A stretch of 64,000 nt of DNA from contig CP070823.1 in NCBI GenBank assembly GCA_020344375.1, forward strand, positions 976,617-1,040,616, read 5' to 3'. The notes beneath the pieces were generated by a model. The model was not told where the DNA came from. It was given only the letters and a program-made list of their open reading frames with translations, and searched no databases. Shown here piece after piece: positions 1 to 12,968 of this stretch (positions are counted from its first letter, which is position 1; each line of letters begins with the position of its first letter). The stretch is from Gemmatimonadota bacterium (GTDB lineage Bacteria; Gemmatimonadota; Gemmatimonadetes; Palauibacterales; KS3-K002). The position numbers were made by a program, and so were the translations under genes.

Positions 1-222
1 CGGTATCGCTGCCTTGCAGCCCAGGCAGCGGCCACGCAGCGCTAGGAAGCTGAGCACCGGCACGTTCTCGTACCAGCGGAGCTGCCGCCCGCACGCTGGG
101 CAGGCCGAACGCGGACGGAAGATTGACCGGCCCGCAGGGAGACGGACGATGCAGACGTTGAGGAAGGATCCGATCGCCAGTCCGAAGACCGCGACGTAGA
201 TCAGGATGAGCGGCTCGGGCAT
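1..222 (-). CDS. pilD: Prepilin peptidase/N-methyltransferase PilD (A24 family), first 74 codons only; gene continues beyond left edge
   Basis: Not in the ORF track because it is open at the window edge. My reverse-strand translation from ATG at 222-220 gives MPEPLILIYVAVFGLAIGSFLNVCIVRLPAGRSIFRPRSACPACGRQLRWYENVPVLSFLALRGRCLGCKAAIP. This shows the GSFLN...CPxC...WYENxP...RGRCxxC N-terminal domain typical of PilD/GspO. Confidence 0.8.
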   Translation of the reverse strand, partial: MPEPLILIYVAVFGLAIGSFLNVCIVRLPAGRSIFRPRSACPACGRQLRWYENVPVLSFLALRGRCLGCKAAIP

Positions 223-263
223 TCCACGCCTTCGCGTTGAGTCACAGGCTGCGGCCAGGCCGG

Positions 264-1043
264 TCAAGCCGGGCCGGCGAGCAAGCGGTCAAGGAGGAGG
301 GCGCCAGCGATCGCCACGTTAAGTGAGTCCATGTCTCCTGGCAGCTCCACCGCGACGCGTCGATCACTGTCACGTCGAACCTGCTCCGAGAGCCCGGAGG
401 GCTCGTTGCCCAACACCAGAGCGAAGCGCTCTTCCTGAACGCCGCGGCGCGGCAGCGGCTCGCCGCCGGGGTCGGCGCACAAGATGGCGAACCCTCGCTG
501 ACGTAGCCAGGTCACTACTTCCGGCCAAGGCTCCTGCGACACCGGCAAGTGGAACAGCGAGCCAGCAGAGGCACGCACCGCTTTCGGGTTCCACGGGTCC
601 ACGGTGCCGGGAAGGGCAACCGCCCAGGCCACCCTCAACGCGTGCGCCGCTCGCACCAGCGTCCCCAGGTTACCGGGATCGGCGAGCCGGTCGAACACCA
701 GCAAAGCAGCCCTTTCCTGAGGCTCGAAGTCTGCCAATCGCCAGCGCCGTCGCCGAGCCACGGCCAACACCCCTTGCGGCGTCGCCGTGTCCGCCAGGCG
801 CTCGAGCTCGGCGTCGGAGACCTCAGCCTGCGTCCACCCGGTGGCTTTGATCGCCTCGAGCAGCTCTCGGCCCCGAGGTGTCCCAGCGAGGGCGGGCGCC
901 GTGATAGCCAGTTCGACCGGCCAACCGCTCACGAGCAGCTCCTCGACCAGCCGGACACCTTCCAGCAGGAAAGCATCTTCCTGGTCGCGCCGCTTGCGCG
1001 ACCTCAACCTGCGAATCAGCTTGGCCTGGCTACGAGAGATCAT
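264..1043 (-). CDS. TrmH/SpoU-family RNA 2'-O-methyltransferase
   Basis: 259-aa ORF with SpoU-type motifs (LVFDRLADPGNLGTLVRAA, LVLGNEPSGLS, LNVAIAGALLL). It lies directly upstream of pilD on the same strand. Confidence 0.8.
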   Translation of the reverse strand: MISRSQAKLIRRLRSRKRRDQEDAFLLEGVRLVEELLVSGWPVELAITAPALAGTPRGRELLEAIKATGWTQAEVSDAELERLADTATPQGVLAVARRRRWRLADFEPQERAALLVFDRLADPGNLGTLVRAAHALRVAWAVALPGTVDPWNPKAVRASAGSLFHLPVSQEPWPEVVTWLRQRGFAILCADPGGEPLPRRGVQEERFALVLGNEPSGLSEQVRRDSDRRVAVELPGDMDSLNVAIAGALLLDRLLAGPA

Positions 1044-1145
1044 CTAAGAGCCCGTTGCGCCACGATAGTGCGATCAGCGGAGAGTCCCGAGGGCCGGCGC
1101 ACCGACAAGCTGTCGCATCGGGGGCCGGGACGGAAGGGAGGCACC

Positions 1146-1943
1146 ATGACAGTGCGGCAGGTCGCCCTCACGATCGCCGGGAGTGACAGCGGCGGGGGCG
1201 CCGGGATTCAGGCCGACCTGAAGACCTTCCACGCGTTCGGTGCGTTCGGCACCTCGGTGATCACCGCCATCACGGCACAGAACACGTTGGGCGTCCGGGC
1301 GATCCAGAAGATCGACCCGGCGGTGGTCGCGGAGCAGATCCGCGCGGTCGCGGAGGATCTCCGGCCTGCTGCGGTGAAGAGCGGTATGCTCGCCGACGCG
1401 CCGATCATCGAGACCGTCGCAGCCACGATGCAGGAATGCGGCCTCGGGCATTACGTGCTCGATCCTGTGATGGTGGCGAAGAGCGGACAACCGTTGCTCG
1501 AGGAGGACGCCGTGAGCGCTCTGGCCAGCTTGCTGCTCCCCCTCGCTGAGGTTGTGACCCCGAACCTGCCGGAGGCCGCCATCCTCGCAGAACGCCAGGT
1601 CGAGACCTTGGACGACATGAAGGCCGCCGCGGAGACTCTGCTGGGGAAAGGCGTAGAGTCGGTCTTGATCAAAGGTGGCCATCTGCCGGGCGACGTGCTT
1701 GTGGATGTCTACTTCGACGGGCACGAGTGGCGGGAGTGGCGCGACGTACGGCTCGATACACGGCACACACACGGCACCGGCTGCACGCTCTCAGCTGCAA
1801 TCTGCGCCGGACTCGCGCTGGGACAGCCGCGGGTCGCAGCGGTCGAGGCCGCTCGGGCGTTCACTCGCCGCGCTATCGAGACGGCGCCCGGCTTGGGTGC
1901 CGGACATGGACCGCTGAACCACTGGGTCGAAACTGCGCGCTAA
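1146..1943 (+). CDS. thiD: Hydroxymethylpyrimidine/phosphomethylpyrimidine kinase ThiD
   Basis: Internal ATG at 1146 preceded by GGAAGGGAGG. Product starts MTVRQVALTIAGSDSGGGAGIQADLKTF and carries GTGCTLSAA near the C-terminus. The 5' part of the tracked ORF (549-1145) is antisense to trmH and is discounted. Confidence 0.85.
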   Translation: MTVRQVALTIAGSDSGGGAGIQADLKTFHAFGAFGTSVITAITAQNTLGVRAIQKIDPAVVAEQIRAVAEDLRPAAVKSGMLADAPIIETVAATMQECGLGHYVLDPVMVAKSGQPLLEEDAVSALASLLLPLAEVVTPNLPEAAILAERQVETLDDMKAAAETLLGKGVESVLIKGGHLPGDVLVDVYFDGHEWREWRDVRLDTRHTHGTGCTLSAAICAGLALGQPRVAAVEAARAFTRRAIETAPGLGAGHGPLNHWVETAR

Positions 1944-1960
1944 CGCGCGTCGCAGGCTGA

Positions 1961-2743
1961 TCACCACCAGTAGTGGCGCTCGCGGATTTCGCGCCGGTCG
2001 AGACGGCGGCCCTCTCGCTTCGCACCCACCAGCTGGGGCCGCTCGAAGAGCTTGACCAGGACCAGCCCCGCGAAGAAGCCGCCGATGTGTGCCCACACCG
2101 CGATTCCGCTGCCGTAGCGTGCGCCGAGCTGACTCAGCCCCATCAGTATCTGAATCACGATCCAGTAGCCGAGCACGACGTACGCCCGCATGGGGAATAT
2201 CCAGAACGGCGGGAAGAAGACGTGCACGCGAGCCTGCGGATACAACACAATGTAAGCGCCCAAGATACCGCTGATCGCCCCTGAAGCGCCCACCGTGGGA
2301 ACCCCCGAGCTGCTGTTTAGCCCGACATGCGCCCCCGCTGCCGCGAGTCCAGCCAGCAGGTAGAAGATGATAAAGCGGACGTGCCCCATCGAGTCCTCGA
2401 TGTTGTTCCCGAAGACCCACATGAACATCATGTTGGTGAGGAGGTGGATCCAACTGCCGTGCATGAACATCGAGGTGAACAAGGCTCCCCAGGTGAGGCC
2501 GCCCAGCGGGCACACCCAAGGCCCCACGACTCGACGGTCGGTGAGTTCGACGGGGATCAAGCCAAACTCGCAGACCGACGCACGCAGATACTCCGGTACG
2601 CCCATGCCCTGGACCAGAATCCAGACGGCCACATTGGCGATGATCAGGCCCACCGTCAGGATCGGCGTCAGCTCGGTCGGATTCTCGTCCTTGTAGGGGA
2701 TCATGCGAACGGCAACGTAGGGCCGGCTCGCCAGTCCCGTCAA
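1961..2743 (-). CDS. Rhomboid-family intramembrane serine protease
   Basis: 260-aa polytopic protein with the rhomboid catalytic motifs [13 protein letters not shown] and [10 protein letters not shown]. Confidence 0.8.
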   Translation of the reverse strand: MTGLASRPYVAVRMIPYKDENPTELTPILTVGLIIANVAVWILVQGMGVPEYLRASVCEFGLIPVELTDRRVVGPWVCPLGGLTWGALFTSMFMHGSWIHLLTNMMFMWVFGNNIEDSMGHVRFIIFYLLAGLAAAGAHVGLNSSSGVPTVGASGAISGILGAYIVLYPQARVHVFFPPFWIFPMRAYVVLGYWIVIQILMGLSQLGARYGSGIAVWAHIGGFFAGLVLVKLFERPQLVGAKREGRRLDRREIRERHYWW

Positions 2744-2841
2744 CAGAGCCTGCCGGCCGGCCTTGGCTCTGCCGCTTTGGCATGGCAGGGCATGAACGCG
2801 CCAGAATGTCGGTATTTCACCGCGCTTTCAGCGCGGGGAAG

Positions 2842-2857
2842 TGGCACGGGGGTTGCA
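2842..2857 (+). promoter_or_regulatory. Sigma-54 (-24/-12) promoter upstream of dnaK
   Basis: TGGCACGGGGGTTGCA is an exact match to TGGCAC-N5-TTGCW with correct GG/GC spacing. It lies 108 nt upstream of the dnaK ATG and is preceded by a 7-3-7 inverted repeat CCGCGCT-TTC-AGCGCGG at 2820-2836. Confidence 0.55.
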
Positions 2858-2964
2858 CCTTCCGCCGACGGCAACAGAATAGTACGTGCGCCCTTGTGAA
2901 CGGGCCCCAGGCGGGGCAGTTTGCTCGGGGGCGCCTCAGTCCATCTCAACAGGCAAGAGAGAGT

Positions 2965-4896
<1,932 letters not shown>

Positions 4897-4931
4897 CAAC
4901 TCTTCACTCCCCGATGCGCGTCTAATACAGC

Positions 4932-4953
4932 CGGGGCCCCACGTGGGGCCCCG
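4932..4953 (+). terminator. GC-rich hairpin downstream of dnaK (possible terminator, no U-tract)
   Basis: CGGGGCCCC-ACGT-GGGGCCCCG, a 9-bp stem 36 nt after the dnaK stop. It lacks a T-run. Confidence 0.35.
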
Positions 4954-5053
4954 CTCGCAACCCCGGCGGCCTGTGGCGCGGGAACGCGTCAGCCGGCCGC
5001 GTGTAGCAGAGTACAAACATTTGCTTGGCAGTTGGCTGTAACGCCAGAGGAAG

Positions 5054-6658
5054 GTGCTCGCAATGAGTGACCCGCTTCGCACTAAGCTCAGAGTCGTCCT
5101 GTTGACCGCGCTCGCACTATTACTGAGCCTGGGACTCGCCTCGGGTTTCAAGTGGGTTCAGGGCGGCCAGGCCACCACACTCGCCGTTGCGCAGACCCCG
5201 GCTTCGCCGGCCGCCACCCTCGAGGAGCCAGATCCTTTGGCGACCGCGAGCCCCGGCAGCTTCCAGACACTTCAGGACGTCAGCCGGGCCTTCGTATCGA
5301 TCGCTGAGACCGTGACACCTGCCGTCGTGTCGATCGATACGCGAGGCACACCACAACGTCCGCGCCTGCCCGAGCGCTTCGAGGAGCTGTTCGGGCCGCT
5401 TCAACGCAACCAGCCTGAGCAGGCTCCGTTCGATGTGCCGCTCGGCCGCGGCTCCGGTTTCGTCGTCTCGGAGGAGGGCTACGTCCTCACGAACAACCAC
5501 GTGGTCGCCAACGCGGAGAGGATCCTGGTCGAGCTCCCCGACGCCCGGCGCTTCACAGCTGAACTCGTGGGGCGTGACCCGACCACCGACGTGGCCGTCC
5601 TCAAGATCGAAGGTGAGGACCTGCCCACCGTCACGCTGGGTGATTCCGAGGCGCTAGCCGTTGGCGAGTTCGTCTTGGCCATTGGGAACCCGGGGACCGA
5701 GTTCGCCTCTGCACTGCCTTTCACGGTCACGGCAGGGATCGTCAGCGCCAAGGGTCGCACCCTCGGCATCATCCGCCAGGCAGCGGCAGGCAGCGAGTAC
5801 GCCATCGAGGACCTGATTCAGACCGACGCGGTCATCAATCCCGGCAACTCGGGCGGCCCGCTCGTCAACTACCACGGTGAGGTCATCGGGGTCAACACCG
5901 CGATACAAAGCCTCACCGGCTACTACCAGGGCTACGGCTTCGCCATCCCCATCGACCTGGCGAAGGAGGTCATGGAGGACCTGATCGAGTACGGCCGCGT
6001 CCGTAGGGCCGCGCTTCGGGTCTACGTGTCAGACGTGAGCCCCGAGGACGCCGTAGCCTACCGGCTACCGGGAGCCAGGGGCGTCGTCATTCAGGACTTT
6101 CCAGACGACAGCCCTGCCGACAAGGCGGGCATCCGCCGCGAGGACGTGGTCGTCGCTATCGACGGGAAGCCAGTTGAACGCGTTGGCCAGTTGCAGCGAA
6201 TGGTCGCCTCCTACGAGCCTGGCGACAGGGTGAACGTCACGGTGATCCGCAGAGGCGAGGAGCTGACCTTCAGGGTGCGGCTCGCTGAAGCCAACGTGCC
6301 ACAGCCCGAGCCAGCGGCCGCGGAGGTCGCCAGCCGCCCGGCGACGATGCTGATCGGGGTTCAGGTCACAGATTTGACCCCGGAGTTGGCCCGGCGGGCC
6401 GGATTCGATCCCAGAACCGAGCTCGAAGGCGTGCTCGTCACCGCGGTGGCCCGCTGGGGACCCGCCTCGAACGCCGGCCTCCGGCCGGGCTGGCTGGTCC
6501 AGCAGGTGAACGGGGAGAAGGTCAGCAGCGTTGCCGAGTTCGACCGCGCATTGAGCGAGATCGAGCCGGGAGACATCGTGTCGATCCAGGCCGTCTCCCC
6601 CCGAGGGGAAGGCCGGCTCATGCGCAACACCTTCAACATGGCCATCCCCGAGGAGTGA
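5054..6658 (+). CDS. htrA: HtrA/DegP-family periplasmic serine protease with two PDZ domains
   Basis: N-terminal signal/anchor, a trypsin-like core with the GNSGGPLVN active-site motif, and two C-terminal PDZ-like repeats. Confidence 0.9.
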   Translation: MLAMSDPLRTKLRVVLLTALALLLSLGLASGFKWVQGGQATTLAVAQTPASPAATLEEPDPLATASPGSFQTLQDVSRAFVSIAETVTPAVVSIDTRGTPQRPRLPERFEELFGPLQRNQPEQAPFDVPLGRGSGFVVSEEGYVLTNNHVVANAERILVELPDARRFTAELVGRDPTTDVAVLKIEGEDLPTVTLGDSEALAVGEFVLAIGNPGTEFASALPFTVTAGIVSAKGRTLGIIRQAAAGSEYAIEDLIQTDAVINPGNSGGPLVNYHGEVIGVNTAIQSLTGYYQGYGFAIPIDLAKEVMEDLIEYGRVRRAALRVYVSDVSPEDAVAYRLPGARGVVIQDFPDDSPADKAGIRREDVVVAIDGKPVERVGQLQRMVASYEPGDRVNVTVIRRGEELTFRVRLAEANVPQPEPAAAEVASRPATMLIGVQVTDLTPELARRAGFDPRTELEGVLVTAVARWGPASNAGLRPGWLVQQVNGEKVSSVAEFDRALSEIEPGDIVSIQAVSPRGEGRLMRNTFNMAIPEE

Positions 6659-6665
6659 CCGTCGC

Positions 6666-6714
6666 GGGTGGTGGCGGGCCGGGCCGCCGGCCCGCCCCCA
6701 CCCGCCTTTTCCTT
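6666..6714 (+). terminator. Intrinsic terminator after htrA
   Basis: 17-bp GC stem (GGGTGGTGGCGGGCCGG / CCGGCCCGCCCCCACCC, one mismatch) with loop GCCG, followed by GCCTTTTCCTT. Confidence 0.7.
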
Positions 6715-6761
6715 GACCGTTTTGGCCTTTCAAGTAAAGTAAAGACAGCCTGACTGCTCCT

Positions 6762-6845
6762 GCGAAAGTGGCGGAATCGGTAGACGCGCCAGCCTTAGGA
6801 GCTGGTGGCCTTGTGGCCGTGGGGGTTCGAGTCCCCCCTTTCGCA
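6762..6845 (+). tRNA. tRNA-Leu (anticodon UAG), CCA not encoded
   Basis: Acceptor stem GCGAAAG/CTTTCGC. Anticodon arm CCAGC-CTTAGGA-GCTGG. Long variable arm, and T-arm GGGGG-TTCGAGT-CCCCC. Near-identical in layout to E. coli tRNA-Leu. Confidence 0.92.
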
Positions 6846-6880
6846 TCGTGCGCTGAAGCACCGGGAGAAGGCGAATTCTC

Positions 6881-8158
6881 GTGTCTGAAACGACCCCTCA
6901 GACCACCACAAATCTCCAGATCTCCGTTGAGGAGCCCGCGGCCTGGAGCCGCAAGCTCGTCATCACCGTCCCGGCAGGGCAGGTGAAGTCGGAACGGGGC
7001 AAGGTCGCCCGCGGCTTGTCCAAGCGCGTGCGGATTCGCGGGTTCCGGAAAGGCAAGGTCCCGCCGGAACGCCTCGAGGCCCAATTCGGCCGCGATATCG
7101 ACCGACAGACGCAGCAGCGGGTCATCGACGCTGCCTTCCGTGAGGCCATACGAGTCAAGAGCCTCGAGCCGATCAGCGAGCCGCGGGTGGCGAACGTGAG
7201 CTACGACCGCGACTCCGAGCTCACCTTCGAGGTGGCCTTCGACATCCGACCCGAGATCAAGCTGGCCCGGATCGGGGACTTCCGGCTGAAGCGCACGGCA
7301 GTGTCGGTCAGCGACGAGGAGATCGAGGCGCGGCTGGCCGAGCTGCGGCAGCAGCAAGCGCTCTGGCGGCCCGTGGAGCGGCGCGCGACAGCTGGGGACA
7401 GCGTGGAGGTCGACATCACTCCGCTGGGCGAGGAGGAGCAAGAGAGTCGAGCCTACCGCTTCGTGCTCGGAGAAGGGCGGGCGATCCCTGACGTCGAGGC
7501 GGCGATCATGACGCTCGATCCAGGGAACTCGAACGAGTTCAGTGTCCGCTTCCCCGACGACTTCGCCGACGAGGAACAGCGGGGCAAGACCCAGCGGCTC
7601 CGCATCGAACTGAAGCAAGCCCTGGAACAGGAGCTGCCGCCGCTGGACGACGAGTTCGCCACGTCGCTCGGCGAGTTCGCCGACCTTGGGGAGCTACGGA
7701 CAGCGCTGGCCGACGATATCCGGCAGCACAAGGAGCAAGAGGTCGAGCTACAGCTCGACCAGCAGATCATCGAGCAGATTATCGCGGCTAACCCGTTCGA
7801 CGTTCCCGACTCGATGGTAGAGCGCTACGTGGACGCTCTGGTCGGGGCGCCGCCGGAGGGAGCGGACCCGGATCTGGTGGCCAGGGCGCGGGAGCAGGCA
7901 CGTCCGGCAGCCGAGTGGGGTATCAAACGCACGCTGATCCTGCAACGGGTCGCAGAGGAGCAGGGTCTCGAGTCGACGAGAGAGGAGATCGCTGAGCGTC
8001 TGCAAGCGCTGGCCAAACGGTTGGGTCGACCGGTCCAGGAACTCCGAGGTCGTCTGGCCAAGAGTGGTGAACTCCGCGATCTGGAGCGCCGCATCACCGA
8101 AGAGAAGGTGTTCAAGTTCTTGAAAGAGCAGTCCGACATCGAGGTCAGCGGACCCTAG
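6881..8158 (+). CDS. tig: Trigger factor
   Basis: 425-aa ORF with a GTG start, containing the ribosome-binding motif GFRKGKVP. Sits in the conserved tig-clpP-clpX order. Confidence 0.9.
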   Translation: MSETTPQTTTNLQISVEEPAAWSRKLVITVPAGQVKSERGKVARGLSKRVRIRGFRKGKVPPERLEAQFGRDIDRQTQQRVIDAAFREAIRVKSLEPISEPRVANVSYDRDSELTFEVAFDIRPEIKLARIGDFRLKRTAVSVSDEEIEARLAELRQQQALWRPVERRATAGDSVEVDITPLGEEEQESRAYRFVLGEGRAIPDVEAAIMTLDPGNSNEFSVRFPDDFADEEQRGKTQRLRIELKQALEQELPPLDDEFATSLGEFADLGELRTALADDIRQHKEQEVELQLDQQIIEQIIAANPFDVPDSMVERYVDALVGAPPEGADPDLVARAREQARPAAEWGIKRTLILQRVAEEQGLESTREEIAERLQALAKRLGRPVQELRGRLAKSGELRDLERRITEEKVFKFLKEQSDIEVSGP

Positions 8159-8202
8159 TAGCTCGATAGACTAGCCCAGTCACCCTAGGCGAAGGCAGAG
8201 TC

Positions 8203-8820
8203 ATGGCCCCCTACTACGCACCGTACGTGATCGAGCGGTCTAGTCGCGGTGAGAAGGTCTACGACATCTTCTCGCGCCTGCTGATGGACCGGATCGTGTT
8301 TCTCGGCACGCCGATCACCGATGACGTCGCTAACATCGTGATCGCACAGCTGCTCTTCCTGCAGGCCGAGAGCCCGGAGAAAGACGTCTACCTCTACATC
8401 AACTGCCCGGGCGGCGCCGTCTACGCTGGCCTGGCCATCTACGACACCATGCAGTTCATGACGGCACCGATATCCACCATCTGCATGGGCATGGCCGCGT
8501 CGATGGGTGCGCTGCTGCTGGCCGCCGGTACGCCGGGCAAGCGTTCGGCCCTGCCCAACTCGCGGATTATGATCCATCAGCCGACCGGTGGCTCTCAGGG
8601 CACTGCCTCGGACATCGAGATCGCGGCCAAGGAGATTCTGTACGCCCGGGAGCGTATCAACAGCATTCTCGCACACCACACCAAGCAGCCGCTCGAGAAG
8701 GTGGCTGAGGATGCAGACCGCGACCGGTTCATGTCGCCCGACGAGGCCGTGGAGTACGGGATCATCGATCAGATCGTCACCAGCAAGACCGACGTCACGG
8801 AAGGCGACGGGAAAGAGTAG
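8203..8820 (+). CDS. clpP: ATP-dependent Clp protease proteolytic subunit ClpP
   Basis: [12 protein letters not shown] and [14 protein letters not shown] (catalytic Ser), plus IMIHQP (catalytic His). Confidence 0.95.
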   Translation: MAPYYAPYVIERSSRGEKVYDIFSRLLMDRIVFLGTPITDDVANIVIAQLLFLQAESPEKDVYLYINCPGGAVYAGLAIYDTMQFMTAPISTICMGMAASMGALLLAAGTPGKRSALPNSRIMIHQPTGGSQGTASDIEIAAKEILYARERINSILAHHTKQPLEKVAEDADRDRFMSPDEAVEYGIIDQIVTSKTDVTEGDGKE

Positions 8821-8834
8821 GCGCGGAGGTTCAG

Positions 8835-10100
8835 ATGACGATGCCCGGCGATAGGCACCTGCGTTGCTCGTTCTGCGGGAAGTCGAAGGAGAGTGTCAAG
8901 AAGTTCATCTCGGGCCCAAACGTGTACATCTGCAACGAGTGCATCGCCCTCTGTAACGAGATTCTCGCCGAGGAGGAGGAGCGGTCGGCTGCGGAAAGTA
9001 TCGCGCAGGTCCCTAGGCCCGAGGAAATCAAGGAAACGCTGGACCGATACGTCATCGGCCAGCACAAGGCCAAGAAATCGCTGGCAGTTGCCGTCTACAA
9101 CCACTACAAGCGGATCAACAACCAGGGCCAGGTCGAGGATGTCGAACTCGAGAAATCGAACATCCTGCTGCTCGGCCCCACCGGTGTCGGCAAGACACTG
9201 CTGGCCAGAACGCTGGCTCGCCTCCTTGACGTCCCCTTCACAATCGCCGACGCGACGACCCTGACGGAGGCAGGTTATGTTGGCGAGGATGTCGAGAACA
9301 TCCTCGTCCAGCTGCTGCAGGCTGGCGACTACAACATCGCCGAGTCCGAGCGCGGCATCGTCTATGTCGACGAGCTCGACAAGATCGCGCGCAAGTCCGA
9401 GAACCCGTCGATCACTCGAGACGTCTCGGGCGAAGGTGTCCAGCAGGCACTGCTCAAGATCCTGGAAGGCACGATCGCCAATGTTCCGCCACAGGGCGGT
9501 CGCAAGCATCCGCAGCAGGAGTACATACAGATCGACACGCGGAACATCCTGTTCATCTGTGGCGGCGCCTTCGCCGGCTTAGAGAAGATCATCGAGTCAC
9601 GCATCGGCACCCGGCAGATCGGCTTCGGCCATAGCCCCAAGAGCTTGGAGCAGGCCGGGTTCAAGCTGGAAGGGGAGTCGTACAAGGCGTTCCACTACGT
9701 CGAGCCCGAGGATCTGATTCGCTACGGCCTGATCCCTGAGCTTGTGGGCCGACTCCCGGTGGTCGTCGCCCTGGACGAGCTGGACGAGGGCGCGCTGGTT
9801 GACATATTGCAGGAGCCCAAGAACGCGCTGGTCAAGCAGTACCAGAAGATGGTCGAGCTGGACGACATCAGGCTCAAGTTCGAGCCCGACGCCCTGCGTG
9901 CCATCGCGCGTAAGGCGATCGCGCGCGGCAGCGGCGCAAGGGGCCTGCGCGCTATCATCGAAGACCTGATGCTGGACATAATGTTCGAACTCCCGTCTCG
10001 CGAAGACGTGCGCGAGGTCGTGATCACCGAGGAGTGCGTCGAAGGGAAATCTCCCCCGATGCTCATCCTCGAGCCGGGGAGCCAGAGGAAAGAGGCCTGA
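8835..10100 (+). CDS. clpX: ATP-dependent Clp protease ATP-binding subunit ClpX
   Basis: N-terminal zinc finger CSFCGK...CNEC, Walker A GPTGVGKT, and the IVYVDELDK Walker B. Confidence 0.95.
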   Translation: MTMPGDRHLRCSFCGKSKESVKKFISGPNVYICNECIALCNEILAEEEERSAAESIAQVPRPEEIKETLDRYVIGQHKAKKSLAVAVYNHYKRINNQGQVEDVELEKSNILLLGPTGVGKTLLARTLARLLDVPFTIADATTLTEAGYVGEDVENILVQLLQAGDYNIAESERGIVYVDELDKIARKSENPSITRDVSGEGVQQALLKILEGTIANVPPQGGRKHPQQEYIQIDTRNILFICGGAFAGLEKIIESRIGTRQIGFGHSPKSLEQAGFKLEGESYKAFHYVEPEDLIRYGLIPELVGRLPVVVALDELDEGALVDILQEPKNALVKQYQKMVELDDIRLKFEPDALRAIARKAIARGSGARGLRAIIEDLMLDIMFELPSREDVREVVITEECVEGKSPPMLILEPGSQRKEA

Positions 10101-10150
10101 TGCCGGGAGTGCGGCTACCTTTGTAACCACCGGCTACCAACATCTGCCCT

Positions 10151-10798
10151 ATGATTGCACATCCCGCTCGCGCCGTGTGCGGCCTCTTGGTCGCGACATT
10201 CGTGTGTGCATGCGCCGGAGGGCCCCCAGCCGACGAGGCTGCCGGAGAGGCTCAGCCTGAAGAGGGATGGACCACTGACGTCCTGCCGCCGCCGGGCTAC
10301 GGCACGCTACGACAGGACGACTTCACCGTCCCACTTCAGTCCGGTGACACGCAGGTCAAGGTCACCCCGCTCGACGAGGCGGTGATTCGCCTGGCCGCTC
10401 CTGACACCTATCAGCGACTCCACGGGCTGCTGGCCTCACGGATCGGGCGCATCCGCGAGATGGGTCGCAATGCCGGTCTGCGGGCCGACCCGAGCGTGTT
10501 CCTGGTCTCGTTCTTCACCTACGCACGCCAGGCCGAGTTCGCGCCCACCGAGCTCAGCCTCTTGAGCGAGGGGATGCTGTACCGACCGATCGGCATCATG
10601 CCCCTCACACCGGAGTGGGGGCGCCAGCAACTGAGGCAGCAGGAGACCCAGTCAGCGCTCTACCTCTTCGATCCGGCGATCGATCTGGATGTGACGTTTC
10701 AGGTGGAGTACAGCAGCCAGCGGTCGCTGGACTGGACCCGGATCATCCGGGTGCTGCAGGCGGAACGAGGCAGGGTCCTGAGCCGAGGAAAGCCGTAG
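10151..10798 (+). CDS. Hypothetical lipoprotein
   Basis: 215-aa ORF with a signal peptide and a lipobox-like LVATFVCAC. I recognise no family. Confidence 0.5.
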   Translation: MIAHPARAVCGLLVATFVCACAGGPPADEAAGEAQPEEGWTTDVLPPPGYGTLRQDDFTVPLQSGDTQVKVTPLDEAVIRLAAPDTYQRLHGLLASRIGRIREMGRNAGLRADPSVFLVSFFTYARQAEFAPTELSLLSEGMLYRPIGIMPLTPEWGRQQLRQQETQSALYLFDPAIDLDVTFQVEYSSQRSLDWTRIIRVLQAERGRVLSRGKP

Positions 10799-10805
10799 CC
10801 GGGCC

Positions 10806-12434
<1,629 letters not shown>

Positions 12435-12488
12435 GTCGCGTCGTTAGTGCGACTGATCTCTGCGCAGGCCTGATCTGGCTTAGACTCG

Positions 12489-12968
12489 CTAGTGCTCGGT
12501 TCGGCCGCGCAGCAGCTCAACGGCATGCGATACGACCTGCGCCAGGATCTCCAACCCATCCCCAACCGCCTGCTCGCTGCCCGGCAGGTTGACGATGAGA
12601 GCGCGACCCCGGATGCCGGCCAGGCCTCGGCCCAGCATCGCGAATGGTGTACTCCGCATGCCGCTCGCTCGTAAGGACTCGGCCAGACCCGGCGCGTGCC
12701 GCTCGAGAATCGCTGAAGTGGCTTCCGGCGTAGTATCGCGCGGGCCGAAACCCGTCCCACCGAGCGTAACGATCAGGTCCACCTGGCCGCCGTCCGCCCA
12801 GCGGGCGAGTTGCGCGCTGATCGGCCCGGTCTCGTCGGGAACCACGAGATGCTCCACCAGCGACCAGCCGTTCCGCTCCACCCACTCGCGAGCGGCCTCA
12901 CCCGAGCTGTCGCGTCGCTGCCCGGCGGCCGCCTGGTCGCTGACCGTGAGTATCGCGACCCGGATCAC
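12489..12968 (-). CDS. mogA: Molybdopterin adenylyltransferase MogA/MoaB family
   Basis: 159 aa containing GGTGFGPRDTTPEA. It overlaps the gcvT stop by 4 nt. Confidence 0.8.
   Translation of the reverse strand: MIRVAILTVSDQAAAGQRRDSSGEAAREWVERNGWSLVEHLVVPDETGPISAQLARWADGGQVDLIVTLGGTGFGPRDTTPEATSAILERHAPGLAESLRASGMRSTPFAMLGRGLAGIRGRALIVNLPGSEQAVGDGLEILAQVVSHAVELLRGRTEH

Noticed and set aside
2744-2964. CIRCE (HrcA operator) upstream of dnaK
   Set aside because: No TTAGCACTC-N9-GAGTGCTAA-like inverted repeat is present in the 220-nt intergenic region.
4981-5004. ECF-sigma-like promoter (GGAAC ... CGTGT) upstream of htrA
   Set aside because: The spacer is only about 14 nt against the usual 16-17, and the -10-like element is weak. 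This is too speculative.
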